DNA of 64,000 nt from a virus. The notes under the pieces were generated by a model, which was not told the DNA's origin, made no database searches, and saw nothing but the letters and a program-made list of their open reading frames with translations. Made by a program: the position numbers and the translations under genes. The first letter of the stretch is position 1. The number at the start of each line of letters is the position of its first letter. The stretch is taken from positions 2,893-66,892 of the IMG/VR virus record IMGVR_UViG_3300034101_005796; one strand, written 5' to 3'. Shown one piece after another: positions 47,500 through 57,181 of this stretch.

Positions 47500-47783
47500 T
47501 GACAGCCGCCGACCTCTCCTCTCTTGCCGACGATCTGGAAAAGCGCTGCGAGAATGTCGATCAACTCGACTTCCTCGTTTCACTGATCGCGTGGCTTTCA
47601 GACCAAACAGCCGATGCGCGCTCTTGCACCCTGTTGCCGGAAACATTCAAGCTGCTATCCGACCACTTCTATGAGATGGCCGATAGCTTTGGCGCCGCCG
47701 ACGAAGAAGAAGTCGCCGATGCGCTTCGCAACCTCCACGCCATCCTCGGCGCCAAGTATTGCAAGGCCGTGGGACGCGCATGA
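47496..47783 (+). CDS. Hypothetical protein
   Basis: Coupled ORF. Confidence 0.55.
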   Translation: MMTAADLSSLADDLEKRCENVDQLDFLVSLIAWLSDQTADARSCTLLPETFKLLSDHFYEMADSFGAADEEEVADALRNLHAILGAKYCKAVGRA

Positions 47784-47968
47784 ACATCCGACGCCCGAAG
47801 CCACCGCTTGAATTCGTTCCCGCACCACCACCCAAGGTGAACAAGGGCAAGGCCGTCTTCTACATGCTCTTCGGAGGATTCTGCATGCTGATCGACAACA
47901 GCGTGACCTTAGTTTTCTTCATCGGCCTGTATATTTTCGCCTATGGCCTGCGACTAAAACTCTCATGA
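47780..47968 (+). CDS. Small membrane protein
   Basis: Two hydrophobic stretches in the C-terminal half. Confidence 0.55.
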   Translation: MNIRRPKPPLEFVPAPPPKVNKGKAVFYMLFGGFCMLIDNSVTLVFFIGLYIFAYGLRLKLS

Positions 47969-48714
47969 ACCAATCTCCTATGAAACCCATAACCATCCTG
48001 CCGACCAGCGATGCGTTACAGTGGCGCAAGAGCGTCACCGTGCCGTCTGGTCCCATCCTCGAAGCCATGACGTTTAGCTCCAAGGATCAAACCCGCTACG
48101 TCCTCCAAGGCGTCTACTTCGACAAAGACAGCATTGTCGCTACCGACGGACGCAAACTCTACCACCGCACCGGCCTCAAGCTGGAACCGGTGGCCGATAG
48201 CATCCTGCCCGCCGAACACGACGTTCGCGGCTTCCTCGGCGCCCACGATTACGTGCGCATCGAAACCAGCAAGGACAAGCGGCACTTCCGCCTCACCAAT
48301 ACCCTGGGCGAGAAAGTCGTCAAAGCCATCGAGGGGAACTTCCCCAACTACAAACAGGTGATGCCCGACATCAACACGTGCGTCTACCTGTCCTACGAGG
48401 CCGAAGCGCTACTCCGGGCGCTCAAGGCATTGCCCAAAACACCCAAAGGTGCCTCCGTGACGCTCACTGTCCGTAATGGACTGAGCGCAGTTTCCGCCGT
48501 GGCGCCGAACGAAAAGGGTAAGGCCAAAACCTACACTGAGTCGTTCTTCGCTCGCGCCAACGGCGACCTCACCATCCTGCTCAACCGGGAGTGGTTCACC
48601 GCAGCCGTCAAACAGGGGTTCGACACCGCCTACCTCAAAGACGCCGAAAGTCCCATCTTGCTCGTCAAGGCGGAGACAAAGTATGTTCAAATGCCGATGA
48701 AGCAAGGAGCATGA
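47965..48714 (+). CDS. Truncated DNA polymerase III beta-clamp-like protein
   Basis: TRYVLQGVYF, VATDGRKL, IEGNFPNYKQV and YVQMPM motifs; ~249 aa, about two of the three clamp domains. Confidence 0.8.
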   Translation: MNQSPMKPITILPTSDALQWRKSVTVPSGPILEAMTFSSKDQTRYVLQGVYFDKDSIVATDGRKLYHRTGLKLEPVADSILPAEHDVRGFLGAHDYVRIETSKDKRHFRLTNTLGEKVVKAIEGNFPNYKQVMPDINTCVYLSYEAEALLRALKALPKTPKGASVTLTVRNGLSAVSAVAPNEKGKAKTYTESFFARANGDLTILLNREWFTAAVKQGFDTAYLKDAESPILLVKAETKYVQMPMKQGA

Positions 48715-48717
48715 TCC

Positions 48718-48927
48718 ATGACTGAAAAACAACAACAACGCTACCAAGAGCTGACCGACAACTTCATGCAAGGCTTCTCCAAGCACCGCGATGCTCTCCT
48801 CCGCATCATCCAAAACCGTGAAGCGCGGCCTTCGGATACCGATCTCATCGTGTCCATGGCTCTGTATATGCACGGGGAGCTTGACCGCTGGGAGGCCCAA
48901 CAAATAGACAAGCTGCCGCCGCCATGA
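48718..48927 (+). CDS. Hypothetical protein
   Basis: 69-aa ORF with SD. Confidence 0.55.
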   Translation: MTEKQQQRYQELTDNFMQGFSKHRDALLRIIQNREARPSDTDLIVSMALYMHGELDRWEAQQIDKLPPP

Positions 48928-49250
48928 CGTTGAACGCCTTTCTGGCCTTGAGACGCGGAAAGCTTACATCATCTGATAAGTCTGCTTGGCGATCCTTCGC
49001 CAATCGTAATTATCACATTCAATGGTTCAGCGAGGGCGAGGAAGACGAGCTTGGTTTGTTCGTCGGCGGCGTGGAGATGCCGTTCAGAGTATGTGAAGAG
49101 GTGAAATTCAATAGCATTCCGCTGTGCATTCGCCACGGTTTTGAACCAACAGATATTCCAAGGGCTTGGAAAATACTGAGAATGGGATCCGCTCGTCACT
49201 GCATGTATCGCTTGCAAGATGTAGATGGTGATGTGCATTGTGCCTTGTAA
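48924..49250 (+). CDS. Hypothetical protein (lower GC)
   Basis: Last ORF before terminator. Confidence 0.45.
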   Translation: MTLNAFLALRRGKLTSSDKSAWRSFANRNYHIQWFSEGEEDELGLFVGGVEMPFRVCEEVKFNSIPLCIRHGFEPTDIPRAWKILRMGSARHCMYRLQDVDGDVHCAL

Positions 49251-49306
49251 GCATCAACGCCACTTTGGCTAACACGCGCGCGAGTGCGCGTGCTGTTGCC
49301 ATAGCA

Positions 49307-49337
49307 GCCCCCGATCCGCAAGGGTCGGGGGTTTTTT
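49307..49337 (+). terminator. Intrinsic terminator ending the early arm
   Basis: GCCCCCGATCC-GCAA-GGGTCGGGGGT followed by a T-tract. Confidence 0.85.
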
Positions 49338-49398
49338 GCTTTTATGCCATTTTGCTGGTTATCCGCTTTTTTTACACTGCTCTGGGTTATCCGCTACC

Positions 49399-51210
49399 TC
49401 ACACGGCCTGCAGCTTCAGCGCGCCCTGTGCGTTGGCATACTTCTCGTGATCTTCTACGATCACCCCTGCACAAAGCGCATCCACCACCTGCATGGCCTC
49501 GCAGTCGAGCAAGTGGTTGTCTTTCCGCACCTGCTTCCAAATCACCTGATACCGGCCGGTGCGCGGATTCTGCTTCATGATCTTGATCTCTGCATTCAAA
49601 TGCTTCGTGTATTCCTGGGGGATGTCGCCGTGCACATGCCACCTCCTCGGCTCGGCATGACGCATGACCGCCAGAATGTCCTTCACGGGGTCATTAGCCC
49701 AATAGACATACCGCGCGCGATTGTTGCGCTCGCTCTGCTGGACCGTGCCGAGAAATGGATCGCGCCACTGGACCGGCGAAACCAACCGTTGCACCCTGTT
49801 CCCATTGGGTAAACTGTGGACAAATCCCTGCTTGCTGCTGCCCCACGCCCCGCGCCAATCACGATCCGTAATCCATTTGCACACGAGATTCGTCTGATCC
49901 GCACAGTCGATCATGACCAGATTCGGATTCACCTCATACTTCGTCTGCAACTGGTCGCACTCCTCAATCGTTTCCACGTAGCCCGCATACAAGAGCCAGC
50001 TCTCGCCGGTCTTGCTCCACGAACGGACAACCACCCAGAAACCCGGACGCTGCACGTCGATGGTCATCAGGGCCACCCGATCGCGCTGCATGTCGGCGGG
50101 CACGTAAGCCTCCGTTGGCACCGGATCTTCATCGTAGGCATTCTCGCCATCCCAAGGTTCGGCCAGCGTCGAGTTCACAAAGTTCTGGCGACCATCCAAG
50201 GTCGCCTTGCTCTGCAGCCACCGCACCGCCAAATTCCCCCACCTCGTCTGCTTCCATGGCGCGTAAAGCGCGCTCAAATGGTAACTGCGGCGACTTTTCT
50301 CGGCCTGCGGATTACTCGCGCGCCACTCACCTCCTAAAAGCATCCCTGGCTTATAGACATCCGTGATCTTCTGCTCGCACTCTTGGCACACGTAGTGCGT
50401 GTTGCGGCGCACTTTCTCCATATCCCAATCGCCTCCAGTTTTGGCCTCCTCCGGCTCTTTGTCCCACCATCTCACCTGCTTCCACTGCAACCGGATCATG
50501 GCTTTGCAGTGCGGGCACGGCACCCAGTAATACCTCGCATCCCCCTTGATAAACTCCTGCCAAATTTCCCCGTAGAAAATCGTCGGGGTCGAGGTCTTGA
50601 CCCTTTTGGGAAACGTAAACGACTTCGTGCGCTCCTCGGCGTTTTTAAGGGCACCGGCCTCCCTGTCGTTGCGCAGACCAAATTTATCGCACTCGTCCAT
50701 CAGAACGCAGCCGCAAGGACGGGAAGAAATCTGGCTGGCCGAGTTCGAACCCACGAAAAATAAGGCCGAGCGGGCAAATCTCTGCTCACGCGTCGTCCAC
50801 AGGATCCGGTTGCTCGGCTTCAGATCCGCCAAAGGACGGCAATCATCCACCCACGGCATCCACCGGTTCCTCGAAAAGCTGCCTCCCAGCTCCTTGTCGG
50901 GCATCACCCAAAGCGTGTCGCGCGGATCGTTCACCAACAACCAACTCGTCCCCGCCATCACAATGGTTGTCTTGGCCACCTGTGCCGCGAAACACAGCGT
51001 CAAATCCTCGATCTGCTTGTCCTTGAACCCCTCCAACGGCTCGCGCGCATACGGCGTCAGCGTTGTCGAGTAGGCCCCTTCGTTGTCTCCCCGCACATAG
51101 CAATTCCGCTCCGCCCACTTCCATACCGGCTCATCCGGCGCCGGAGCCAGCGTGTCACGGCAAAACTGCTCCAGCCGGTCAATCGACTCGTTATGCCAGG
51201 ACCTGCTCAT
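49399..51210 (-). CDS. Terminase large subunit (lambda gpA family)
   Basis: TPY.REP, AAQVAKT, MDECD, TSTPT, VPCPHC, QNFVN..LAEPW, TIDVQ and NHLLDCE motifs. Confidence 0.95.
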   Translation of the reverse strand: MSRSWHNESIDRLEQFCRDTLAPAPDEPVWKWAERNCYVRGDNEGAYSTTLTPYAREPLEGFKDKQIEDLTLCFAAQVAKTTIVMAGTSWLLVNDPRDTLWVMPDKELGGSFSRNRWMPWVDDCRPLADLKPSNRILWTTREQRFARSALFFVGSNSASQISSRPCGCVLMDECDKFGLRNDREAGALKNAEERTKSFTFPKRVKTSTPTIFYGEIWQEFIKGDARYYWVPCPHCKAMIRLQWKQVRWWDKEPEEAKTGGDWDMEKVRRNTHYVCQECEQKITDVYKPGMLLGGEWRASNPQAEKSRRSYHLSALYAPWKQTRWGNLAVRWLQSKATLDGRQNFVNSTLAEPWDGENAYDEDPVPTEAYVPADMQRDRVALMTIDVQRPGFWVVVRSWSKTGESWLLYAGYVETIEECDQLQTKYEVNPNLVMIDCADQTNLVCKWITDRDWRGAWGSSKQGFVHSLPNGNRVQRLVSPVQWRDPFLGTVQQSERNNRARYVYWANDPVKDILAVMRHAEPRRWHVHGDIPQEYTKHLNAEIKIMKQNPRTGRYQVIWKQVRKDNHLLDCEAMQVVDALCAGVIVEDHEKYANAQGALKLQAV

Positions 51211-51832
51211 AAACCTTCTGCCCGTCACTAATCGCCCGCTCGATGTCCTGCCGGATGATCTCCGCCGCCGTCACATCATCGGCCGGAGCAACCTTGGGCG
51301 CGATCACCGCCGGTAGACCACGCAAACGCGCCAGCAGCGCCCCCCAGCCCTTCCCAAACATCTCGCGCGCCACATCAAAGGGAATCAGCACCCGCGCCTT
51401 CTCCTTGATCTCCAAGACCATCTTCTCCGAAGCCATGCGGCCTTCTTTGGCTTTGTTGTAGGTCTGGATCAAAAGTGGCAGCTTCTCCACCGCATCCGCC
51501 GCAATCGCGCTCTCCACAAGATACTTGGCCTGCTCCTCGATCTCGATGGACGCCTTCAACGAAGCCTCCATCTGCGTCAGACTCCGCCGCCGTGGCCTCC
51601 GAGGCGTGTGCACAGCCTCAGAAGGAATGCTTGCTTCCCCTTCAGACCGTTTGCTTCGAAAACCCACGCCACCCCTCGCGTTCGCCAACCTCCACTCCCG
51701 CGCCGCCTCCAAGCTATCCACCGGGCAACCTTTCTGATTCTTCATCCTCGAAACGTAAGCCACACTGGTCCCCCAATCGGCCGCAATCTCTGCCAAAGTG
51801 ACCCTTCCCCCCTCTGTAGACTCCTTCTCCAT
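51191..51832 (-). CDS. Terminase small subunit (Nu1-like)
   Basis: N-terminal HTH (AEIAADWGTS.AYVSR...GCP) and C-terminal L..LP...AP; directly upstream of TerL. Confidence 0.8.
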   Translation of the reverse strand: MEKESTEGGRVTLAEIAADWGTSVAYVSRMKNQKGCPVDSLEAAREWRLANARGGVGFRSKRSEGEASIPSEAVHTPRRPRRRSLTQMEASLKASIEIEEQAKYLVESAIAADAVEKLPLLIQTYNKAKEGRMASEKMVLEIKEKARVLIPFDVAREMFGKGWGALLARLRGLPAVIAPKVAPADDVTAAEIIRQDIERAISDGQKVYEQVLA

Positions 51833-52136
51833 AACCGCCCCATCCCGCTCCTCAACTTAACTTGTCAACCAGTTCACTGGTCACAGGTTAATGTAAGGGT
51901 CGCTTCGCTGAAACCTGACGCTTTTGCAGGTTAATAGATTCCTTTACCATGGTGGTGGGCAAAATTACTTACCCTTCTTAGGCAAAGCTCATAAGTCCCC
52001 CCATATACTACTTCACTCCTTGTTTTCAGAAAACATACAGGAAAAGCCTAAGTAAGTTAAGGATACGAGATTGCATTGTATCGTATTCTTGAAGCAAGAT
52101 AGCTAAAGAGGATCGCAAGGAGAAGCGCAAGGAGCG

Positions 52137-53486
52137 CTAATTAGTTCGTAAGCGAACGCCCCGAAGCCAGTATTGAGGCTGCCTATTTCGGTGCTGAACT
52201 ACTCTGATCTGTGGGTTGCGCTCATAGAGAGCGCGAAAGAAATACTCCCTAGTGCGATGGGCAAACTGATGAGCGTCCAAAAACTCAGAAAAAGCCTCCA
52301 TAACTGCATCTTTGCTTTCCTCATGATCACCGTCGAAATCAAGGCTTTCAGAGACGAAACACTGGACAGGATCGTTGGAAAGCTGGAATCTGCGAATGGC
52401 GTTATTGCTCTCCTCTCCGCCATAAGGCGCCGAAACTCCCTCCAGAATGGCGCGCAGGCCCTCAACAGCCCAGTAGAGGATGTAGTCCTTCTGGGCAACC
52501 AGCTTGTCCTTGAGGGTTCGATCTATTGCCTCCGGCTTCTTACCAAAGGCCAAGAAGCGCGCGCGGCGCAGTTCTGCGTCTGTGCCGTGCTTGAATCGAG
52601 GCATGACGTTTGAGAGGAACAGATGCTTACACGTGCTATTCATCGTGAACGGCTTTCCGTAAATGCTGCGCGCTACAATGCTTTCACCTGAGATAAGCTG
52701 TTTGAATGTTCCCGACTCATCGACTTCTACGGTGTCCAATTCAGTCCCGAGATTAACCATGGCCCTTTCCAGAGTCGGAAGTGAATAAGAGCCAGGGCCG
52801 GAGCTGCATATCTGCGACAAAGAGAGCTTTCGCACCAGCACATCGTCGTCGAATGCAGAGACTATGGCCTCTGCCAGAGTGCTCTTACCCGTGCCACCCG
52901 GCCCGTAGCAAATGAGGAACACCTCATGCTGCTTGCAGTCTGGGAAGAGACAATAGCCAGCAAACCACTGCAAGAGCGACTTGTCCTTGACGTTGTGAAG
53001 AGTCGCGTTGAGGGCTTCCTCAAAAATTGGTGATTCCGCATTTGCGTGATAATTCGAGGGCAGACAACCCGTGAAGAGATAGCTGGGATCGTGAGGAAGC
53101 ACTTCGACCCCCTCAGGGGAAACACGCAACACCCCATTATTTACGTTCACAAGCACCTTGCCGTCGTCGTCAAAGATGATAGCTCCGCGCAACTTTTCAT
53201 TCTTCACCTGCCGTGCTGCTTCAACGGCATTTAGCACGTTGGCGGCCAACCTCGCACTTCGATGTGCGAGCGGCAAAATATCGTAGACCGTGCTGACATA
53301 CTGCTTGCGGCGAGAGGGGCGCCAGGCCTTACCGTCATACTCAAACCAATCGTCTTCATACACCATGATCGGTGGGATCTTGAGCATGAGACTCTGATAA
53401 ATCTGATGCTCATCAAATCGGTCCTTACCGGCACCCGTGATCTGGATTAGCGGATTCTCGCCGCGCGGCTTTATTTTGTTTGCCAT
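52137..53486 (-). CDS. SF3 helicase, P4/D5 primase-helicase family
   Basis: VNNGVL D5_N motif, YGPGGTGKST Walker A, FKQLISGE and RR.RFL.F. Confidence 0.9.
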   Translation of the reverse strand: MANKIKPRGENPLIQITGAGKDRFDEHQIYQSLMLKIPPIMVYEDDWFEYDGKAWRPSRRKQYVSTVYDILPLAHRSARLAANVLNAVEAARQVKNEKLRGAIIFDDDGKVLVNVNNGVLRVSPEGVEVLPHDPSYLFTGCLPSNYHANAESPIFEEALNATLHNVKDKSLLQWFAGYCLFPDCKQHEVFLICYGPGGTGKSTLAEAIVSAFDDDVLVRKLSLSQICSSGPGSYSLPTLERAMVNLGTELDTVEVDESGTFKQLISGESIVARSIYGKPFTMNSTCKHLFLSNVMPRFKHGTDAELRRARFLAFGKKPEAIDRTLKDKLVAQKDYILYWAVEGLRAILEGVSAPYGGEESNNAIRRFQLSNDPVQCFVSESLDFDGDHEESKDAVMEAFSEFLDAHQFAHRTREYFFRALYERNPQIRVVQHRNRQPQYWLRGVRLRTN

Positions 53487-54535
53487 TTTCGCCTCCTTGC
53501 TTTTTGGCCATTGAGATAATGGTGCCGCAAAAATTCACGTAAATCCGTTGAAGTGATGCCCCAATCATGTTTCATCCAATCGTTGAAATCTTTCACTCCG
53601 TCTGATCCCACTTTGAAACAGAAGAAGTGGATCGCGCGGCAGCGCAGAGCCAATGCACCGCTCAACGAATCCGAGCGCTGCCACGCCAATCCGGCTTCAT
53701 CTGCATCGGCAAAAATGAATGCCTGCGTCTCAGGGGACCACTCATAGTCCAGAATACGACGCCACGCCGTAGCCCCTCGTATACCAACAATCGCCACACC
53801 TTTAAGCGGTGTCTTGAAGGCGGCGACAGCATCATAAAACGCAATAGCATCCCACTGCCCCTCCAAAACAACCAATGCGTGACAGTGAATGATGTCACCG
53901 ATGACAAATGGCCACGAACCAATCCCCTGCGGCTCGAAACGATACCGCCCCTTGAGCTTCGGAGTATGGACATGATAACCCGCAAGAAAGCGGCCTGTGG
54001 TTCCGCTATTTGGTATTTCTACGGCGAAAGCCTCGCACCTCTTCCCACGATAAACCGGCAAGCCCATCAATCCGCGCTCGGCCATATCACAAATAGTGGC
54101 GGATTCGAAACCACGCCATTCGGCAATTCGCTTTTGCTCCGCCTCGGAATTACGCAAACACTTCACGCCTTCCTCCCATAGCGACAACCCCTCTCCCGTG
54201 AGTGGCACGACCTCAGTTTCATCTTGCGGCAGCGGACGCTTCTCCGGCTCAAGCCACACAATTCCCTCGGATGAGCACAGCGACTTTTTTGCATCCGCGA
54301 GCGACACATTCCGCGTCCTCATCCAATAGTCAAAAACATCCCCTGCGGCATCACACCCAAAGCACTTGAAACGATCACCAGCGTGACTTGCGGTGATATA
54401 GAAGGAAGGCGTGCGTTCGCTGTGAAATGGGCACAAAGCCGCAAACCTTGATCCCCCGGATCGACGTATCTTGACGCCATCACGGGTGAGAATGTCTCGG
54501 AGTGAGACCCTGCGTTTAAGCTCGGATAATTCCAT
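53471..54535 (-). CDS. DNA primase (CHC2 Zn finger + Toprim)
   Basis: CPFHSERTPSF...FKCFGC...GDVFD; VLEGQWDA; FADADEAG; KDFND. Confidence 0.9.
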   Translation of the reverse strand: MELSELKRRVSLRDILTRDGVKIRRSGGSRFAALCPFHSERTPSFYITASHAGDRFKCFGCDAAGDVFDYWMRTRNVSLADAKKSLCSSEGIVWLEPEKRPLPQDETEVVPLTGEGLSLWEEGVKCLRNSEAEQKRIAEWRGFESATICDMAERGLMGLPVYRGKRCEAFAVEIPNSGTTGRFLAGYHVHTPKLKGRYRFEPQGIGSWPFVIGDIIHCHALVVLEGQWDAIAFYDAVAAFKTPLKGVAIVGIRGATAWRRILDYEWSPETQAFIFADADEAGLAWQRSDSLSGALALRCRAIHFFCFKVGSDGVKDFNDWMKHDWGITSTDLREFLRHHYLNGQKARRRKWQTK

Positions 54536-54556
54536 TCTTGTGGGGACAGATTGTTG

Positions 54557-55168
54557 TTAGTGGAAGACTTCCATATTTCTTGTTTGCACGATTCTTGAGG
54601 CCATCAGACCGGCCTCGTAACCCTTGCGCGCCGCCAGCGCCGCATCATGGGCGCAACGCGTCGCGATCATGGGGACTATGTCATCTCCCAGCCACGACAA
54701 CTCCTCGGGCACCACTTCGTCCTGCCGCGCCCTCCAGCACACCAATTCCCGCATTGTCATGGCCGCCAGTTGCGACCTCATGGCCTGAGCCTCCTCAAAA
54801 GATCCGCAGCGAACGCGCCACCGCATTTTACCCTTTGCTACGCGCACATTGTATTTGCCGCGCGCTGAATCAAACCAGATGCCGCTACGTGAATAGCAAC
54901 CCTCCACCAGATTGCGGCGGCGGCAATCGGTTTTATCCCCATTCGCAAAGACCACTCGCCCGCAAGCCTTGGGCCACAAGAGCGTGGTCAGCATCACCTT
55001 CTCGGAAGCGCAATAAATTCCCCGTGCGATGTTCCAATACCAGCGCCGCGATGCGACCAACTCTGCATCAGCCGCATCCACCCGCCCCACCATCGCGCAC
55101 CGGCCCCGCAGCGGAAATTCCGCCACGCCGCCCACCTTGTAATCTATAGCCGTGAGTTCAGCGGGCAT
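54557..55168 (-). CDS. Degenerate HNH-AP2 protein
   Basis: VVFANGDKTDCRRRNL (HNH-like without His) followed by GIWFD...KYNVRV...SFEEA (AP2-like). Confidence 0.6.
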   Translation of the reverse strand: MPAELTAIDYKVGGVAEFPLRGRCAMVGRVDAADAELVASRRWYWNIARGIYCASEKVMLTTLLWPKACGRVVFANGDKTDCRRRNLVEGCYSRSGIWFDSARGKYNVRVAKGKMRWRVRCGSFEEAQAMRSQLAAMTMRELVCWRARQDEVVPEELSWLGDDIVPMIATRCAHDAALAARKGYEAGLMASRIVQTRNMEVFH

Positions 55169-55376
55169 TGAGCACCCCATCCATGTCAGCGCGCGCCTCA
55201 TCAAAGACCCGCGCCAATTCATTGGCAGCTGCCGTCCGTCCCGCTTGCACGACCCGCTCGGCATCATCTGCGCTCAACTCATCCACAAGCAAAGCGCCCA
55301 TCTCGGCAAATACCTGCCTTACGCGCCGCACGGCCTCCAACCGCTTCGACGCGCGCACGATCTCCTGCTCGCTCAT
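55158..55376 (-). CDS. Hypothetical protein
   Basis: 72-aa coupled ORF. Confidence 0.55.
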   Translation of the reverse strand: MSEQEIVRASKRLEAVRRVRQVFAEMGALLVDELSADDAERVVQAGRTAAANELARVFDEARADMDGVLNAR

Positions 55377-56068
55377 ACCTCGACCGCTCCTTTCGCCGAA
55401 GCCACTCGCGTCTCCACCTCATGATAGAGATCCACGATCTTCTTCACGCCCTTCATCCAATGCTCCTGATCCTCCACCGGCAGATCCAAGACCGCCGTGC
55501 GGCCACCGATCCGCCGTGCCCACGATTCAAACGCCCAATCCAACTCATCGAGGAAGCCCAAGCCGCCACTCTTCTTGCCCGAATCCTCATCCATCTCCGA
55601 ATCCGTGACCACCTCCCCTCGCTCGATCGAACGCTTCAACGCCCGCGGCGACAGCTCATGATCCACGACACGCTGCGCCCATCGCTCCTGCAACTCATGG
55701 CCCTTGAACTCCACCGACAAAATCACCAAATGCTCCGCCGTCAGTCCCGTCCACGTGTCGAACGGCAACTCCGCCTGCGCCAACGCCAACGCCCGCCGCG
55801 CCTCCGCGAGCGGCAACTCCAACTGAGCCAGGATCTCCTTCGTGTGCTCCTCACCATGCCACGCCATCGTCGCCTTCACCGCGCTGCCGAAACACAGCTC
55901 AAAATGATCCCCCAGCATCTTCAACGAGCGCAACAACTGAGCGCACTCCTCCACGCCCATTGGCTCAAAAAAACGCAACCCGCGCGGCGTCAGTTCAAAT
56001 TTCCTTTGACCCTCCGGACTCGGAAGCAACAGCTCCAATCCGCCTGCATTGTTTTGTTCGGTATCCAT
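55373..56068 (-). CDS. Hypothetical protein
   Basis: LTP.GL.F...W..R......SPR.L..SI pattern; start ATG 56068. Confidence 0.65.
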   Translation of the reverse strand: MDTEQNNAGGLELLLPSPEGQRKFELTPRGLRFFEPMGVEECAQLLRSLKMLGDHFELCFGSAVKATMAWHGEEHTKEILAQLELPLAEARRALALAQAELPFDTWTGLTAEHLVILSVEFKGHELQERWAQRVVDHELSPRALKRSIERGEVVTDSEMDEDSGKKSGGLGFLDELDWAFESWARRIGGRTAVLDLPVEDQEHWMKGVKKIVDLYHEVETRVASAKGAVEV

Positions 56069-56073
56069 AAAAA

Positions 56074-56430
56074 TTAGTCCCGGCGCATCTCCATCCAATC
56101 CGTTGAGCGGCGCACCTCCTCGGCCAACAAATGTTCATCCACGCCCAGATACTCCGCCGTCTGTTGTGTCGTTTTCAGCAGCGACCGCCGCATAAACACC
56201 CACACCCGCAACGCCAGTGCCACCGAGAAAGCCGCCAGCCTCGGCTCCCGCGCGCCCGACAAGCGCACAATCAGCTTGTTCATCAGCCACGCATTGTAAT
56301 TACGCGCCTCCGCGCGCAGCCGCCGCTCATGCAACTCCACCACCCGCTCCGCCAAGTCCTGCCGGAAACCGAATCGTGCGCGCAAATCCGCGACCTTCCG
56401 CTCATGATCCTGTGGGTCGATGATGTCCAT
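56074..56430 (-). CDS. HTH protein, short paralog of 56432-57181
   Basis: FGF...WLMNK...RL...ALAL...TQQTAEYLGV motifs shared with the upstream gene. Confidence 0.65.
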   Translation of the reverse strand: MDIIDPQDHERKVADLRARFGFRQDLAERVVELHERRLRAEARNYNAWLMNKLIVRLSGAREPRLAAFSVALALRVWVFMRRSLLKTTQQTAEYLGVDEHLLAEEVRRSTDWMEMRRD

Positions 56431-56431
56431 A

Positions 56432-57181
56432 TCAGTTCCAGCCGAAGACCCGATGCCGCCAATGATTGCCCGTCTGCGCCCGCCGGAACGACTCCACCGC
56501 CCCCGGCGTCTTCATGTGCAGACCCTCACTGATTCCTAAAAACTCCGCCGCCTTTCGCACCTCCTTCGAGAGATTCTGCCGCGTCGTCGCCAGCGCTTGC
56601 GCCGCCGACATCTGCGTGCGACAAGGAACCCGCCGCATCCGCCGCGACCCATTCTCCTCCGTGACATGCCGCATGATCCAGACTTCCGGCACTGAGAGCG
56701 CAAAGGCCACCGCCACCGACGCCACCTTGGCATTTGTTGCTGCCGCAAGCCGCTGCAACACCTTGTTGAGCAACCAATCCGAATAAGCCAACCCCCGAGG
56801 CCGCGCCTCCAGCTCATCCCATTTCGCCAGCGCCACCGCCGTCTCCCGATCAAAGCCAAACTGCTCCTGCAGCTCATCCGCCAGCGAATCCAAAGCCGCC
56901 GCCATATCCACCACGTAGGAAGCCCTCGACGAATTCGCGACATCCTCATCCAGCCCTGCATCCGACCGCGCCGCCACCTCCCCATGCACCAAGGCCAGCT
57001 TCTCCGCCGCCGACAGCTCATACCACCGATCCGCCACCTTCCCGTAGGACGGACTCAGCAGCACCAAATCCCGCTCCTCCCGCGGCAATTCATCCAGCCA
57101 CTCCAGCATCCGCGCCTCCGCGATACGCCGCATCCCCTCCGCGCGCGCCTCATAAGGCAACTCCGATGACACCATATTCAT
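56432..57181 (-). CDS. Sigma-region-4-like HTH protein, candidate late regulator
   Basis: C-terminal TQMSAAQALATTRQNLSKEV helix-turn-helix. Confidence 0.6.
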   Translation of the reverse strand: MNMVSSELPYEARAEGMRRIAEARMLEWLDELPREERDLVLLSPSYGKVADRWYELSAAEKLALVHGEVAARSDAGLDEDVANSSRASYVVDMAAALDSLADELQEQFGFDRETAVALAKWDELEARPRGLAYSDWLLNKVLQRLAAATNAKVASVAVAFALSVPEVWIMRHVTEENGSRRMRRVPCRTQMSAAQALATTRQNLSKEVRKAAEFLGISEGLHMKTPGAVESFRRAQTGNHWRHRVFGWN

